Source: Okamejei kenojei (taxonomy: Eukaryota). From it: a DNA stretch of 64,000 nucleotides. The notes beneath the pieces are model-generated. The model was not told the origin of the DNA, did not search any database, and worked only from the letters and a program-made list of their open reading frames with translations. Position 1 is the first letter of the stretch. Every line of letters begins with the position of its first letter. The translations under genes and the position numbers were made by a program. The DNA is taken from NCBI GenBank assembly GCA_035221665.1, contig CM069169.1:18104001-18168000 (forward strand), in the 5' to 3' direction. Positions 11,871 through 25,290 of the stretch are shown here, piece by piece.

Positions 11871-13891
11871 GACATATTGTCATTTCCAAAACATCTAATA
11901 TCTGAAGTGTGATTTAGTGATATTTCAGTGGTACATCTTCTGTTGAAAAACAATGGTGGAATATTCAGATAGGGTTAACCCATTCCAGTGTGTATTAGAA
12001 TTGGCAAACCCCAGTTCATTGCAGATCATAGGTGGTTACCTGGATATTTTATAAACATTTCCATTCAAAGACCATTCGCTGAACAGACTTCAGATATGCC
12101 CTGGTGACCAATGTGTTAGACATAAAAATTCTCGGGTTTCTTGAGAATTTGTATGGCCAATTTCCAATACTCCAATCAAGTGCTTGGTAGGAAAATCTGC
12201 CAACATGGAATGGTTACTGACCTATAGGATTCATCATGGTGGTTATGACAGTGGTCCGTTAGCATATCTCTCTCTCTGGTGTTTGGCAAATGTGCCTCGA
12301 ACAACACCAGATGTTCCAGCTCTCCATGTTTATTGCATAAGTGCAAGAAAAAATGATTTCTCAAGTTAACAGTTATGGTGGGCTAATTATTTGAACTGTC
12401 CAATGAGTCTACAAAGCCATTCATTAGGTTTGTGGTTGAGCATGTCTCTTTCTTAAACCTTTCAATGCTTTTGATTAAAAAAATCCATCAATCCTGGGTT
12501 TAAAATTAGGTACCATTTGTGGAAGAGTTCCACATTTTTATCACCATGCATTTCATACCTTCACTGTTGAAAGGGTTGGTTCTGCGTTGTAATTTTTATC
12601 CTTTTCTATTCTCCCATCGGACAGGTGGTGCTTCTTTCTGTCTATCTCATTGCTTCCTTTTAATATCCTCAGTCAAATGACTGTCAGTTTTCAAAATTCC
12701 AAGAAGCAGTTGGTGATTCCATTGCATTGTGGTATAAGTGTTGAAATCCAAGTGACTATGTTCTACCTTCCTGCCTGCATACGTTCCTCGCGTGAATTGT
12801 GCAGAACTATCCTCAGTTTTCTGCGTACAGTCTAAGTACAAATCTGTTATGGCATTAAATCATCTGGATATTACGGTATACATTCCATCAGTATGTATTT
12901 CCTGTGTTTATGTGCCATTTGAATGATTATTGATAAAATAAATCTAATTCATTCCTTACCTCAGATCCATTCAAGTAGGTAGATTTCTGAACATTGTTTG
13001 TCCACTAACTTCCATGAATGTGGCTATTAATTGCAATATTACTTTGCTTATTGCCCTGATGCCTGCTAGTTCAACACAAGTTTGGTGTAGAGCTGGGATT
13101 TCCCCAGTCTCTGAATTTTCTTCCACAAGCTGAATTAGCCTCTGGGATAGGCTCCATAGATTTGCTCCCCAAGTTCCAATTCAATTCTTCCCCCTGTGAT
13201 ATATAGAGTTGTGTTGCACCAAAAAGGGCTCTTCAGCCCTTCATGTTCATGCTGACATTTCCCCCTATTTACACTAATTGGATTTACCCACATTAGATGT
13301 ACATCCTTCTTATGCCTTCTGTGTTCCACCAGTCTGAATACCGCTTCAAAATAGTGATTGTATCTGATTTCATCACTGCCAATTAGTTCTAGATATCAAC
13401 CAGTCTAAAAACCCCCATTAAAACTCTTTTGTCTCACCTTAAACCTAATTTAGAGAATTTGTCAATCTAGACAATTTCCTGGTGAATGTACTTACTTCAC
13501 GGTTGCAACATTTTTCCTAGTGTGTCAAACAGAATTGCACGCTGTACTCCCAAGTGCAGCCTAAATATGTAAAATTGCGACATAACATCCAAATTGCTCT
13601 CCAAATCTGGAGCGTATCGACATTCTCTACTGTACAATTCCATTTATGTTGATGCTGGTGGGAGCCCTACACACTTGCATCTGCTGCATTTCCCATGGAG
13701 GAGACAGCACAGAAGCAACATCAAAGCTGTGACTAGCCTAATACTCAGTCAATCTGTCGGTCAAATCAGACTTAGCTTTGAGTATTGATTATGATTCCAC
13801 ACTGATAACCTCAGCACCTGAATTGCATGGCTAATGGGAAAATGCATAGCTCTCATTTGGAGGGGTGAAATAAAGATGTCAATATATGGTG

Positions 13892-13989
13892 GGTACACAA
13901 AAGGCTGGAGAAACTCAGCGGGTGCAGCAGCATCTAAGGAGCGAAGGAGATAGGCAAAGTTTCGGGTCGAGACCCTTCTTCAGACCCAT
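13892..13989 (-). mobile_element. 98-bp Penelope-derived hammerhead unit with 16-bp TSD
   Basis: ATGTCAATATATGGTG at 13876-13891 and 13990-14005; body nearly identical to 5688-5781 and 42380-42476. Confidence 0.9.
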
Positions 13990-14129
13990 ATGTCAATATA
14001 TGGTGACATTTTGCCTGCAGCTGGGCAGATTAATGTTAAATATACATGTTTTAAACACGAATCAATGTACCTGTTTTAAACAATTAATCAACTAACATGC
14101 TTCTTCTGGTTCATCTAAATTATTATTGT

Positions 14130-16510
14130 TACTATTGCCGAATGGTCACAGATCTGACTCCATGACAGTAAAATACAGTACCTGGAAATGCAGTGGATGC
14201 TGGACTTCCAGGTACTATATGTCAGTGACTGGAAACATGGATTGGACGTTGGCATCAGGAAAAGGAAGTGCCATTTGTTATATGATGAGCAGTTTGTGCT
14301 GGTCCTGTCCAACTCTTGCTTTCCCCCACCTGGAATATCTAGTATTGAAGTGCCATCCCATCTACCTCCCAAGGGAATTTGTCCATCACCATGATTGCTG
14401 CGTTTCTCCTGCCCTGGGCAGATATTTAACTAGCACTTGAGGAACTATATACCATAGTCAACAGGCGCAAGACAGTGTACCCCAATATTTATCTGTCATA
14501 GCCAAGGATTTCAACTAGGCTATCTTGCAGAAGACGCTTCCGAATTACCATTAACATGCGTCCTGCAGCACCAGAGGATCAAATACTCGTGACCAATGCC
14601 ACAGTGATGTCTACCACACCAAGCCTCACCTGTGCTTTAGAAAACCAGATTACCTGGCTATGCTCCTTCCTGTATATGACTGGTGACTTAAAAAGTCCAG
14701 TTCTGGTGAGGAGAATTGCTGGTCATTGGAAGGCAGAGGAACTACTTCACGGCTGCTTGAACTTGGTCGATCGGGCAATATCGAAGGACTCGGCAACAGA
14801 CTTTAATAAATATGCCCTGGTTGTTACCGACTTCAGAAGGAAGTGTGTGGATGAGTCTGTTCCTTCCAAAACTATCCGAGCTTTCCGTAGCCAGGTCCCT
14901 TGGATGAACCAGGAGATATGAACTGAGGACCAGATCTGTGGCGTTCAAGTCAGACGATTCTGAGTCGTACATGACGTCTAGATGGCCACCAAGAATGCAA
15001 AGAGACACTTCTAGGCTAAACTGAGGGTCAGATGCTTGGTAACATGGCAGGGCTTTCTACAAGATGAAAGTAAATAACTGAAGTGACAGATGCACCACTC
15101 TCAGATGAGCTCCATGTTTTCAATGCTTGCTGTGAAAGGGAGAGCAACAATGTACCTCACGGGCCCCCACGACCCCCCATTACTCTGATTCATTCTCTGA
15201 GGTCGACACCAGAAGAACCTGAGGAAAGCATCTGGCCTGATGGCGCCCCTGGCTGCATTCTCATAATCTGTGCAGGCCAATTGGCTGTAGTGTTCATCAA
15301 CATCTTCAACCTCTCAGTACTGCAGGGCCAGCCTACTTTAAAGGGCATCTATAATGACAGTGCCCAAGAGGTGACATGCCTCAACGACAAATGATTAGTG
15401 GTACTTGTGGCCATTATGATGAAGTGCTTGGAAATGTTGGTTATGACACAAATCAACTCCTGCCTCAGCAATGACCTGGACCCATTACTATTTGCCCAAT
15501 GCTGCGTCAACAGCGGGTGCGATTTCATTTGCTCTCCTCTCTGCGCTGGACCATTTGGATAACAGGAACACATGCATCGGGCTGTTCATCAGCATTTAAG
15601 ACTTTTGCCCATTCCAAACTCACTGTCTATATCTCGGGGATCTTAGTCTCCACTTATGCAACTGGACCGTCATCTTGCTTATCAGCAGACTCCAGTCAGT
15701 GCAGATTGACATCATGAGCACAGGGTACCTCAGGGCTGTGTAGTCGATCACATGCTCCTCTCTCTCCCTCTCTCCCTCTCCCCACCATGGCTACCTGGCC
15801 AGGTACAGCTTCTCACCATCTCTAAATTTGCTGAGCAATACAGGTTTTTGATGTACCTGAGTGCGGGAAGGATCTGGTTGTATAGTACAAATTCCTGCTC
15901 TGAACTTTAGCAAGACCATAGAGCTTATTGTTAACTTCAGCAAGCGGAAACTGCGGGTCCGTGCACTTGTTTGGTAGATCAGGCATTGGTTGGACGATGT
16001 TAAGTACGGCGTTAAAAAAAGTTAATANNNNNNNNNNNNNNNNNNNNNNNNNNNNNNNNNNNNNNNNNNNNNNNNNNNNNNNNNNNNNNNNNNNNNNNNN
16101 NNNNNNNNNNNNNNNNNNNNNNNNNNNNNNNNNNNNNNNNNNNNNNNNNNNNNNNNNNNNNNNNNNNNNNNNNNNNNNGAACCAAGCATTTTAATGTCAT
16201 CATAAGGAAAACTTCCTCAAATTCCTCTATAAAACTTGTACTGTTAGTTCCACTTTCAAGAATAGCTTCTCTCCATCAACCATGAGGTTCGTGAAACACC
16301 CTGCTCAACCCTGACCGCAACCATACCTCAGCAATAAACCACTACAGACTTTGCACTATAATTATGCTTTACATGCTTGTTGCTCTAACATGTCTGCTTA
16401 ACATGGAATCACTGGGGATTTATTGCGTATTGTTGCTTCTGCGTTTAATTTACCTGTAAAGCTGCAGCAAGCATAAATTATATTCTGGTTCATATCTGGT
16501 GCACATGACA
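14130..16510 (+). mobile_element. Degraded long Rex1/Babar LINE
   Basis: Remnants IYLPREF (endonuclease), PWMNQEI, QLAVVFINIFNLS, VTCLND, LDPLLFA (RT); many stops and frameshifts; spans the assembly gap. Confidence 0.8.
16028..16178. other. Assembly gap (151 N)
   Basis: Run of N. Confidence 1.
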
Positions 16511-17760
16511 CACAGCCACTCTGGATGCTGCTTGATTCTAGAATCTTGTGGTTACACGCACTGATTCAGTGTCTGCCTCTAGTGATATTCTTGTTGTTAT
16601 CCAGAACATATAACTGATGGATAACTGTGACTAGTTGATGCTTTTATTTTTCAACTGAGTTCTGGATATTTTGGAATATTTTACACTTTCCTTCAGAAGT
16701 AATTGATAGCTCAAATGTGACACTGCCTTTTTTCCCAGTTTCAAATACAATTTATTTATAACAATGCAAAAAAATGAAGAGCGTTGAAATCATTATTTTA
16801 ATCTAAATCTCGTTATTCCTGTTAGTTTAGCAATTATGCATATACGACCTTGAACAAATAGTTCAATAGATTTTAACAAACATTCCCACTAATGAGTGTG
16901 CACTGGCAGATAGAACCAATGTTGAGTCCATCCCCATGGAGCCTTTTGCATTGACTGACCCTCAGCACTGCTCTAGAACGCCATTTTAGGCAGGAACAGG
17001 ATAAGCTTCATCACACACATGATGCCGGCAATACTTCTAGGCCAGGCTTAAAAGTACTAGTGAAGCCAGACCATTGCCATGTTGCCCAGTGTGGATGAGC
17101 ATACCTTTGGGTGAGATGCTGCTCAGCATTACACTTGGGAACCACATTACTGTCGAGCATGTCTCAATGAGAAACCTTCAGACTTCCGTTGCTTTTTGTT
17201 TTCTCCTGGTGATTGTGGAAACCACAACTTCTGCCCAGCAGATCCTGTCATTTGTGCCCGGGTGGGGCTGTTTGCTCATGAATCATGTTATGGGTGGCCA
17301 GTTTTCATGGCAGCAAAGCCTTTCCACAACACGTTGTCTTTTGTGTGCTTGGCTTTTTTGTCCCGGCTATCAACTTGTCATTAAAATGGTGGACAGTCAT
17401 AATTTCAACTTGCATTTGTCTGCAGAGTTTTTTCTCTGCACGTATAGACTGTAAATAGGTTTCGACATTCATTTTGCTGTTGCTTAATTTGTATTAACCA
17501 GAATGGGCTGTGGCTGAGCCATATCCACAAGCTTCACAAATCATTTTTTTTCTTGAACAGTTGAGAGCATGCATCTATATCTAGGGTATGTTATAGCTGT
17601 CCTTAAAGTTTGTGCTTGAGGTTTAATTGTAGCACTAAAATAACGGAAAATGCTGGAAATAGCCAGCTGGTCAAGCAGTACAAGAGGAGTGAGAAACAGT
17701 TTATGTTGCAGACCAATGTGATTTTATCAGAGCTGGGACTTTAGAATTAACAAAGTTTAA

Positions 17761-18500
17761 TGGACCTGGCTTAGGTGACTTATTAGGCGAGTGCAGGAGA
17801 CTGCGCTCGCCACATGATCGCTGGTGGTCTCCTTCATGGTCGTGAGGGGTTCCCGATTTCTGGGAACTAGTAGCGGCCTCAGTATGGTCGCCGCAAATTT
17901 GGTGAAAATGTTGAAAGGTTTTTTTTCGGCCAAAAATTGGTCGCCATGGAGAAAATCAATAATCCTGTAGTCGTAGGTGCATTTGTAGTAGGGTCGCCAT
18001 GTTGTTGTAGGTAGTCGAGGTAGTTGTAGGTAGTTTTAGTTAATCGCCTTTGCTGACCGGTCATTTTGATTGGCTCATTGGGGGGAAAAAAACGTATGCA
18101 CGAGTTTTCAGAACCAAGGATAACCGACCGGTAATGTTAAATGCCCGCCCAACTTCACAGCTGTGTATCTCTGGCTTATTAAAAGTTGTCTGGCTTCTTA
18201 AGAGTGTCTCCACTCCTTCTCCCGCGCCCCCCCCCCCCCCTTTTTAAAGGACGTACCGTACACTGTGCTAGCCGTCTTAACCTTCCTGTTCATCGCGGTG
18301 TGTGTCTGTATCACCTTGACTTTCCACCGTGTGAATTTCAGATAGCGCTCCCCCCACTTGCCCTGCCCCCTGCCTTTGCAATGTGTTTATGTGTTCCACT
18401 CTGACAGTCATCGTTCCAGTTCCCAGTTTTTCAGGCGACTGCTGCCAACTTGACAGTCGCCGGCAGTCTGCTGAAAAATCGCCTAAGTGGGACAGGCCCA
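17761..18500. mobile_element. Non-autonomous PIF/Harbinger-like DNA transposon (740 bp)
   Basis: TAA on both sides (17758-17760, 18501-18503); right TIR AAATCGCCTAAGTGGGACAGGCCCA, left TIR decayed TGGACCTGGCTTAGGTGAC; CpG-rich interior, no transposase. Confidence 0.7.
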
Positions 18501-18689
18501 TAAGATGCAGACAAGGGGTGAGCAGAATAGAGAACCAGAAGGGATGCCCTAGATAAGATGAAGGCAAATGAGTGAATAACCAATGGGTAATTGTGCAACC
18601 TTAACATCAAGGTCAGATGAGAGGAGATGCAAATGGGAGAAGTGGATTAATCAGTTGGCAAAAAATGAAAAGTGAGTGTTAGAAATGTG

Positions 18690-18990
18690 GAATGGACTAC
18701 AGGAGATGTTGACTTCATTGCTCATTTCTGAATGTATCCAGTCGGGAATGGGATACGGTTGGTTATCGTTCAGCTTTGTTAGATATGTGTCAGAGGTCAT
18801 GGTCAGAGTAGGATGAAGGATTAAAGTGAGAGGCAGATGGAAGCTTTGAGTCACATTCATTGGTGGTCCAGAGGTGTCTTGCAAACAGCAGCTTCTGTTT
18901 GTTATTTCCCCTATGTCGAGACCACACCCTGAGCAGTGAATGCTGGATATTAAATTTGCAAAATTATTGCTTCTCTCGGAAACATTGCTT
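18690..18990 (-). mobile_element. Older Penelope-like GIY-YIG remnant
   Basis: ORF 18651..19004 NLISSIHCSGCGLDIGE resembles NLIYCIRCSRCQLMYIG. Confidence 0.55.
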
Positions 18991-19764
18991 GGGGTTGCAC
19001 ACATGGAAAGGGGTAATTGTATGAAGGTGCATAAAAAGGCTGGGGTGGATGTGGCTATGTGGCTATATGGATCTAGGTTGATAGTGCAGGCAGCTCAGCT
19101 GTAAGGCATGTTTCCATAACATAAATTAGATATAATGCAAGTGATGAAGTAGGGAACACTATTTGCCTCATGCAGGCTGAATTGGCTATGATGTGATTTC
19201 GGTCAGGACTGAGAGAACCACTTTGGAAACTAACAAGCAGAAATAAAAATGTCTTGGGTTTAAACAGTATAATTAACTGTTTATCTGCAGTAAGCAAACT
19301 CCATTGGAACATAATTTTTGTGCTGCAGCAGAAATCCCTGTACTTGAATAAGAAAATATTATAGCTTATCTGATAAATTGGACCATCCTACTACTTAAGA
19401 AAATAGGGATTTGCTGCTCAAGCTCAGGGTACTCGTAGGGGCATGGGTTTTGTAATGGTTTCCACCCACTCATTTGTTCTCTCTGCACTGTATATTATAT
19501 GGGCTGCAAGGTATTTGTGGCTGTTTGGTTTCATCTATTCAAATTTGTATCATAAGAATGGAGTACAATACTAAGAAATAAAAGCAAAGAGGCTTCTCCA
19601 CTTCTCAGGCCTAAATGGCAGAATCTTTATCCCACGGTTGTACCTTCTAGCTGAGCACTCAACCATATGTCATCTTCTGATGATCTCTGTCACAGTTGGG
19701 TATGTCTCCACAGGATCACTCTCGTTCCTCTAACCACTGTCAGCTTAGACCAGTATTAGATACA

Positions 19765-20320
19765 GAGAATTAGACAGCACAGAAATGGGCCCTTTGGCAC
19801 ATCTCAATCAATGCTGTCCCAGATGTCTGTCTGAGTTATCCCATTTGCCTATATTTGGCCCATTTCTATGCATGTGCCTATATAATGCCTGAGTGCAACT
19901 CGTTCCATGTACCTACTTCCCTCTTTGGAAAAAGTTGTCCCTTGGGTCCCTTTTAAATAATCCCCTCTCAATGTAAATCTATGTTCTCTAGTGTTAGATT
20001 CCCTTATCAATTGTGAAAGACTGTGACCATTCACCTTATCTATGCTTCTCATTACTTTATATATCTGTAAGGTAAACCAATGGTCTCGTACGTTCCTGGG
20101 GAAAAGAATCCCAGCCTCTCCAGTTTCTCCTTTATAACTCAAGCTCTGCAGTCCCAGTAATAAGCTTGTGAATCTACTCTGCATCCTTTCCAGCATAATG
20201 ACGTTCTTCATAGGAGACCAGAATGCATGCAATACTCCCAGGTGTAGTCATACCGCCGACTTATAGTTATAATATAACGTCCCAGCTCCTGTTCTCAATA
20301 CCCTAATCAACTGAAGGCAA
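19765..20320 (-). mobile_element. CR1 LINE 3' fragment
   Basis: ORF 19849..20232 FWSP...LERMQSRFTSLL...YKVMRSIDKVN...NTREH. Confidence 0.8.
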
Positions 20321-20811
20321 TATTAAGAATGAAAACTGAGAACGTTTGAAGAAAAAAATTGGGATCTCAGCTGAATTCCTTTCCTTAGTCCACACCAGCA
20401 GAGATTAACTTACAATTTTGTCATTTATTTATCGTGCATAAATTTGCTGCTACATTTGTGTACAGAACAAAGATGATGAGAGATTCAGTGCTGGCCTGAG
20501 ACTGGTTCGTTATACCCTGCTGCTGGTGTGTTGTTGCAAGACTTGTCCAAACTCCATTCTATTTAACCACTGTAATGAGTGTCCACAGCAGAATGATTGA
20601 AGGGGCAAGCAAAAGCTTTCTCAAACAATATAACCAACTTTACAGTAACCTGGCATTATCACGTGACACCTACTTCCTGATTGGTGTACACTGTAAAACT
20701 GTACACAGTTTGAGCAGGATAGATAAAAGAAAGACTCTTGTATTTATGACTTCGGATATGCAAAGATTCTATAGAGCCAGTGAAGTATTTTAAAGTGTGC
20801 TCATTGTTGTG

Positions 20812-21042
20812 ACTTTAGAGATACAGCACGGAAACGGGTCCTTCAGCCCACCGAGTCCGTGTCGACTACCAATCGCCCCTAACACATGCGCGCGCACCCA
20901 CCCACACACACACCACCCCCCCCCCCCCCCCCCCCCACCAGGAGAACATACAGACTCCGTACAGACAGCCCCCGTAGTCAGGGTTGAATCCGGATTGCTG
21001 GTATTGCAAGGCAGCAACTCTGCTGTTGCGTCACTGTGCCGC
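20812..21042 (-). mobile_element. V-SINE (HE1-like), internally deleted, with C-run; further copies at about 21640-21790 (-), 46025-46245 (-), 53255-53735 (+)
   Basis: Reverse strand GGCACAGTGACGCAACAGCAGAGTTGCTGCC...GGATTCAACCCTGACTACGGGGGCTGTCTGTACGGAGT (tRNA head plus V-domain) and CR1-derived tail. Confidence 0.75.
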
Positions 21043-22947
21043 TCAGTGGCAACGGACGTAGGAAATATAGCCAGTTTGCATCAGGAAGCCGGGCAACAAA
21101 ATGTGGGATTTATGAAGAAATTAATTTCTGGATTTCTCTGTTCTTTTGTCATTGTGTTGCTTCTTGCCTCTAGATTCTGTGTTGGACTTGTTTAATCTGA
21201 AGTATTTAAATACCTTATTTCAAATATTCAAGGCCTAAATTCTATTGCCTAAATAAAAAAGTTACCTTGTGATTTTTGTAATGCTATGTGAATGGGAAGT
21301 GGAGTGGAATCCGTTTGCATGGGATGTGTTGCCATGCCACAAGGAACAGATGAGTGAATGAAGTGTGTTTTTAAACCACTAGTTTTCATAATTTATAAAA
21401 AACTATGGTGTCTTCGTTTACGGTGTTACACTTTCAGTTTTGTCAATTCCAGATTGTATGTGTGATGCTTGAACCATATACTGTTTATAATTTCCTGTGA
21501 GGTTGGGCATATGGTATGTTATCAGCATGTGCATAAATAAATTTAAAATAGCAATATTGTGCATGAAATCAAGTCATCAGGTGACAAGGTTTAGGAACAG
21601 GCTTTTTGGCCCACTGAGTCCATGCAAACCATTACTCCCCATTCTCTACCACTTACCTGCACACAAGGAACCAATTAAGCCTCCACCTTTGGGTTGTTGG
21701 ATGAAACTGGATCACCTGGAGCACCCAAGGTCAGGTTTGAACCCTGTCAGGTTTGAACCCTGCATTTCTGGTGCTGTGAGGCAGCAGCTCATTTTGGTCC
21801 CTGACTGTTTCCCTGGCAATCGTATGGCTCCTGATATACGTACAGAATGTCCTAAAGTCATAGTAACATGGCATGGAAATATGCTCTTTGGCCCAACTCG
21901 TCCATGCCGATCAAGGCTCCCCCGTCTAAACTAGTCCCACTTGCCCATTTGTCCAAATCTTGCCCATGTACTTGTCCAAATGTCTTAATATCTTTGAGAT
22001 AAGGTGAATCTTGCAATTCTCCTTAATCTTGCTTGACAAGGATATTTCACATTACCTGCCCTCCTAATTTCCAGTTCTCTCTTAAACCCTCCACGTTCCT
22101 CAAGAGTCACTTGTTTCCAATTGCCAATACCTGTCATCTGCTTCCTTTTCTTTGCTGATTAAGCCGTTGATATTCTTTATCATACTGGGTTCCCTAATCT
22201 TGCAATCTCTGCCTTTTGCCCTTACAGTGCTTAGTCTTTAATTTTATCTTTCTGGATACCCCCGATGCATTTAATTGCACAGTATCCTAAACATTTCATG
22301 CCCTCAACTGAATATTCATGCAACTTTGTATTTGTTTGGTTACTGTAATTAAACTGGTGGAAGTGGTAATGTCTAGTTAGTCAAGATTAAAAAAAACTAT
22401 ATTGAGCATGCACTAGGTGAAAGAAAATTGCGTTTGTGGTAGTTGCCCCATATCCGCAACAGTTCAGTGATTTGCATGCAAAAACACCTCTAGATAATGC
22501 AGCCATTTTGTTCATAAAACGCATGTTCTGGGAGTAAATGGGAGAATGTTCTTTCTCTTTCGGTGCAATTGAGCCTTTAACACACATGCAGGGTTTTCAA
22601 TAGTATAGTACAAGCTTGGTATTGCATAATGATAACCTACATTGTGTTTGATTTGAGTAGCTTAACTCCACAGCCCTTTGACTCAGGTGGTTGCTATGGT
22701 GTATTGAAATTACATTTCACACAGGAAACAAAATGTACAATATTAAAGTAGAATGGCTGTTTTTTTTTCCTTCCTGCAGTAGAGTTAAAGTGTCAAAATG
22801 GTGACAGTGGCCATTGTTCAACCATAGCTTGCATGTCGCTTCATAACTAAAGAAACCCAATCTCAATAATATTTAAATACTTCAACCAGAGGAAATATTC
22901 TTCAAAATAAATGCTTTGTGTAACTTGCCATTGTCTTTTACCTACAG

Positions 22948-23015
22948 AATCCAGCTACTATCACAAGGATACTTCTCAGTCACTTCAACTGGGATAAGGA
23001 GAAACTAATGGAAAG
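22948..23015 (+). CDS. ARIH1: ARIH1 coding exon 2
   Basis: ttttacctacag|[23 protein letters not shown]|gtaagc; 68 nt. Confidence 0.97.
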
Positions 23016-24715
23016 GTAAGCCTGGTCTCTGGTGAAATGTAATATGCTTAATATACAGTGAGGTAACAGATATCAGCTGTGGGGCACGAGGGTATGTGGC
23101 ATTTAATTAAGTTGTATGCTGAATGGAAATGTACACTTTTTAGTGGAAAAGACCAAGCAGATTACAAGAAAGAAATCAATGTTGAGTTGCAATGATCACC
23201 GATCCAATATATGAAGGCCTCGGAGGTTACTTTTGGCTCCATCAGCCTGCTTTTTAGTCAACAAGTTGGTCTCTGGGGAGATTGATGCCATTAGTTTACT
23301 CCTGTAGTTTAGAGTAGGTTGTTATGCTGTCATTGTGATGCTAATAAACACAGATTTTCACCATGATCAGAAGAAAGCTGGAACAATGTTGAGTTGTCAC
23401 CAGCATCTTGGACAGGAGGGATCCGTCCCAGCAGCATCCTGTCGGGAAAAAATTGTATTACTTGTATGATGGCAGAATTATTATCCCACAAAGGTAGTAC
23501 TAATAGTCACAAGCAGGCAAGCTTAGAGAGATCTTTGTTCTCACTTTTTACTGTCTGTCCAATAACCAATGTCACTGAATGACCCAGGATCCCAGTGATC
23601 TAACCTTGTGACTAACGTCTGATGGGATCTAGTCAAAAGCCTTCTGAAATTCTATATACACCACATCCTTTGGTTACCCCTTATGTGTTCTACGAGTCAT
23701 ATCCTCAAACACAACCTTCAATAGATGTGTTAAATATGATTTTGTGTTCATAAATCCACATATCATGTTCTAGCTGGGTTAAAAAATATATATTTTTTTA
23801 AGTTTCTGTTTAGTGTTGATTGTTCCCTGTGGTCCTCTGACCCTCCTTTCTCCTGTTCCAAATTGCAGTAGCATTAAGGATAAAATACGACAGACTGGCT
23901 GACCCGATGTGAACTTTCGCACTGACTTCCTAACCTCTAAGCAATTATTCAGTGGGTCCATTCAATCTTGTCGTGTCTATTTTTAATATTTTCTGGGAGT
24001 ATCAGAGACTCCAGTAAAGTCAAATACTGAAAGGCCATTTTTGATAATTCATTGAACACTACATATGTTGACTACATTGAACAGAGATTCACGGCATGTA
24101 AATTCACTAACCCATTGAAGTACAGAAAGCTTTGAATCAATTCTTTGGACTATTTGTCATTTAACCAACAGTGGTTTACAGTATAGCTTTATGTCTCTTT
24201 CACGTCGCTGTCTCGAGCTGTTCTGAATTAGATAAATCTTGACGATGACTCACTTTTTTTCAGTCATTGCAGTTAACCAAGTTATCAATTGAAACGGGAA
24301 ACCCAGGAAATGATTGTTAGGCGTAAAAAATATTTTCTAAGAATACTGTTTTCAAAAATAAGAAAGTCTGTTGTTTTCTTTGACGATTTCTGTGCTCCCA
24401 ATGCCTTGGTCAAGCCACGTACGCTCTCATTCACAGTCCTAGTGCATGCAGTCCTGGCATGTGTACTCCCACTGTGACTGAGTCATTTACAGGAGGGTAT
24501 ACTGCTAATTTAATTATTCTTTTTTATAAAGCTTTTTAGTTAGAAGCAACACATTTGAATGGGAAAAATCAGCTTCATATTTATAGGATGGTAATTTATT
24601 CTGGACAAATAATTTAATGAGAGTTAACAAACTCCTTGACATTCCTGATATCTTCCTGTTTGAATACTCCAATGATGTGGACAATTGTCTTCAAAGCCAG
24701 GGAGAGGCAATCGCT

Positions 24716-25290
24716 GTGAGTACCTGCCACACCTGGAGTATTGCTTACAGTTTTGGTCTCCTAATCTGAGGAAAGACATTCTGGCCATAGAGGGAGTACA
24801 GAGAAGGTTCACCAGACTGATTCCTGGGATGGCACGACTTCCATATGAAGAAAGACTGGATAGACTCGGCTTGTACTGGCTGGAATTTAGAAGATTGAAG
24901 GGGGATCTCATAGAGACTTACAAAATTCTTAAGGGGTTGGACAGGCTAGATGCAGGAAGATTGTTCCCGATGTTGGGGAAGTCCAGGACAAGGGGTCACA
25001 GTTTAAGGATAAGGGGGAAGTCTTTTAGGACCGAGATGAGAAAATTGTTTTTCACACAGAGAGTGGTGAATCTGTGGAATTCTCTGCCACAGAAGGTAGT
25101 TGAGGCTAGTTCGTTGCCCATATTTAAGAGGGAGTTGGATGTGGCCCTTGTGGCTGAAGGGATCAGGGGGTATAGAGAGAAGGCAGGTACAGGATACTGA
25201 GTTGGATGATCAGCCATGATCATATTGAATGGCGGTGCAGGCTCGAAGGGCCGAATGGCCTGCTCCTGCACCTAATTTCTATGTTTCTAT
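24716..25290 (+). mobile_element. Young CR1 LINE 3' fragment with open ORF2 C-terminus
   Basis: ORF 24685..25200 PHLEYCLQFWSPNLRKDI...TRGHSLRIRG...FFTQRVVNLWNSLP, uninterrupted; tail TTCTATGTTTCTAT. Confidence 0.93.
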
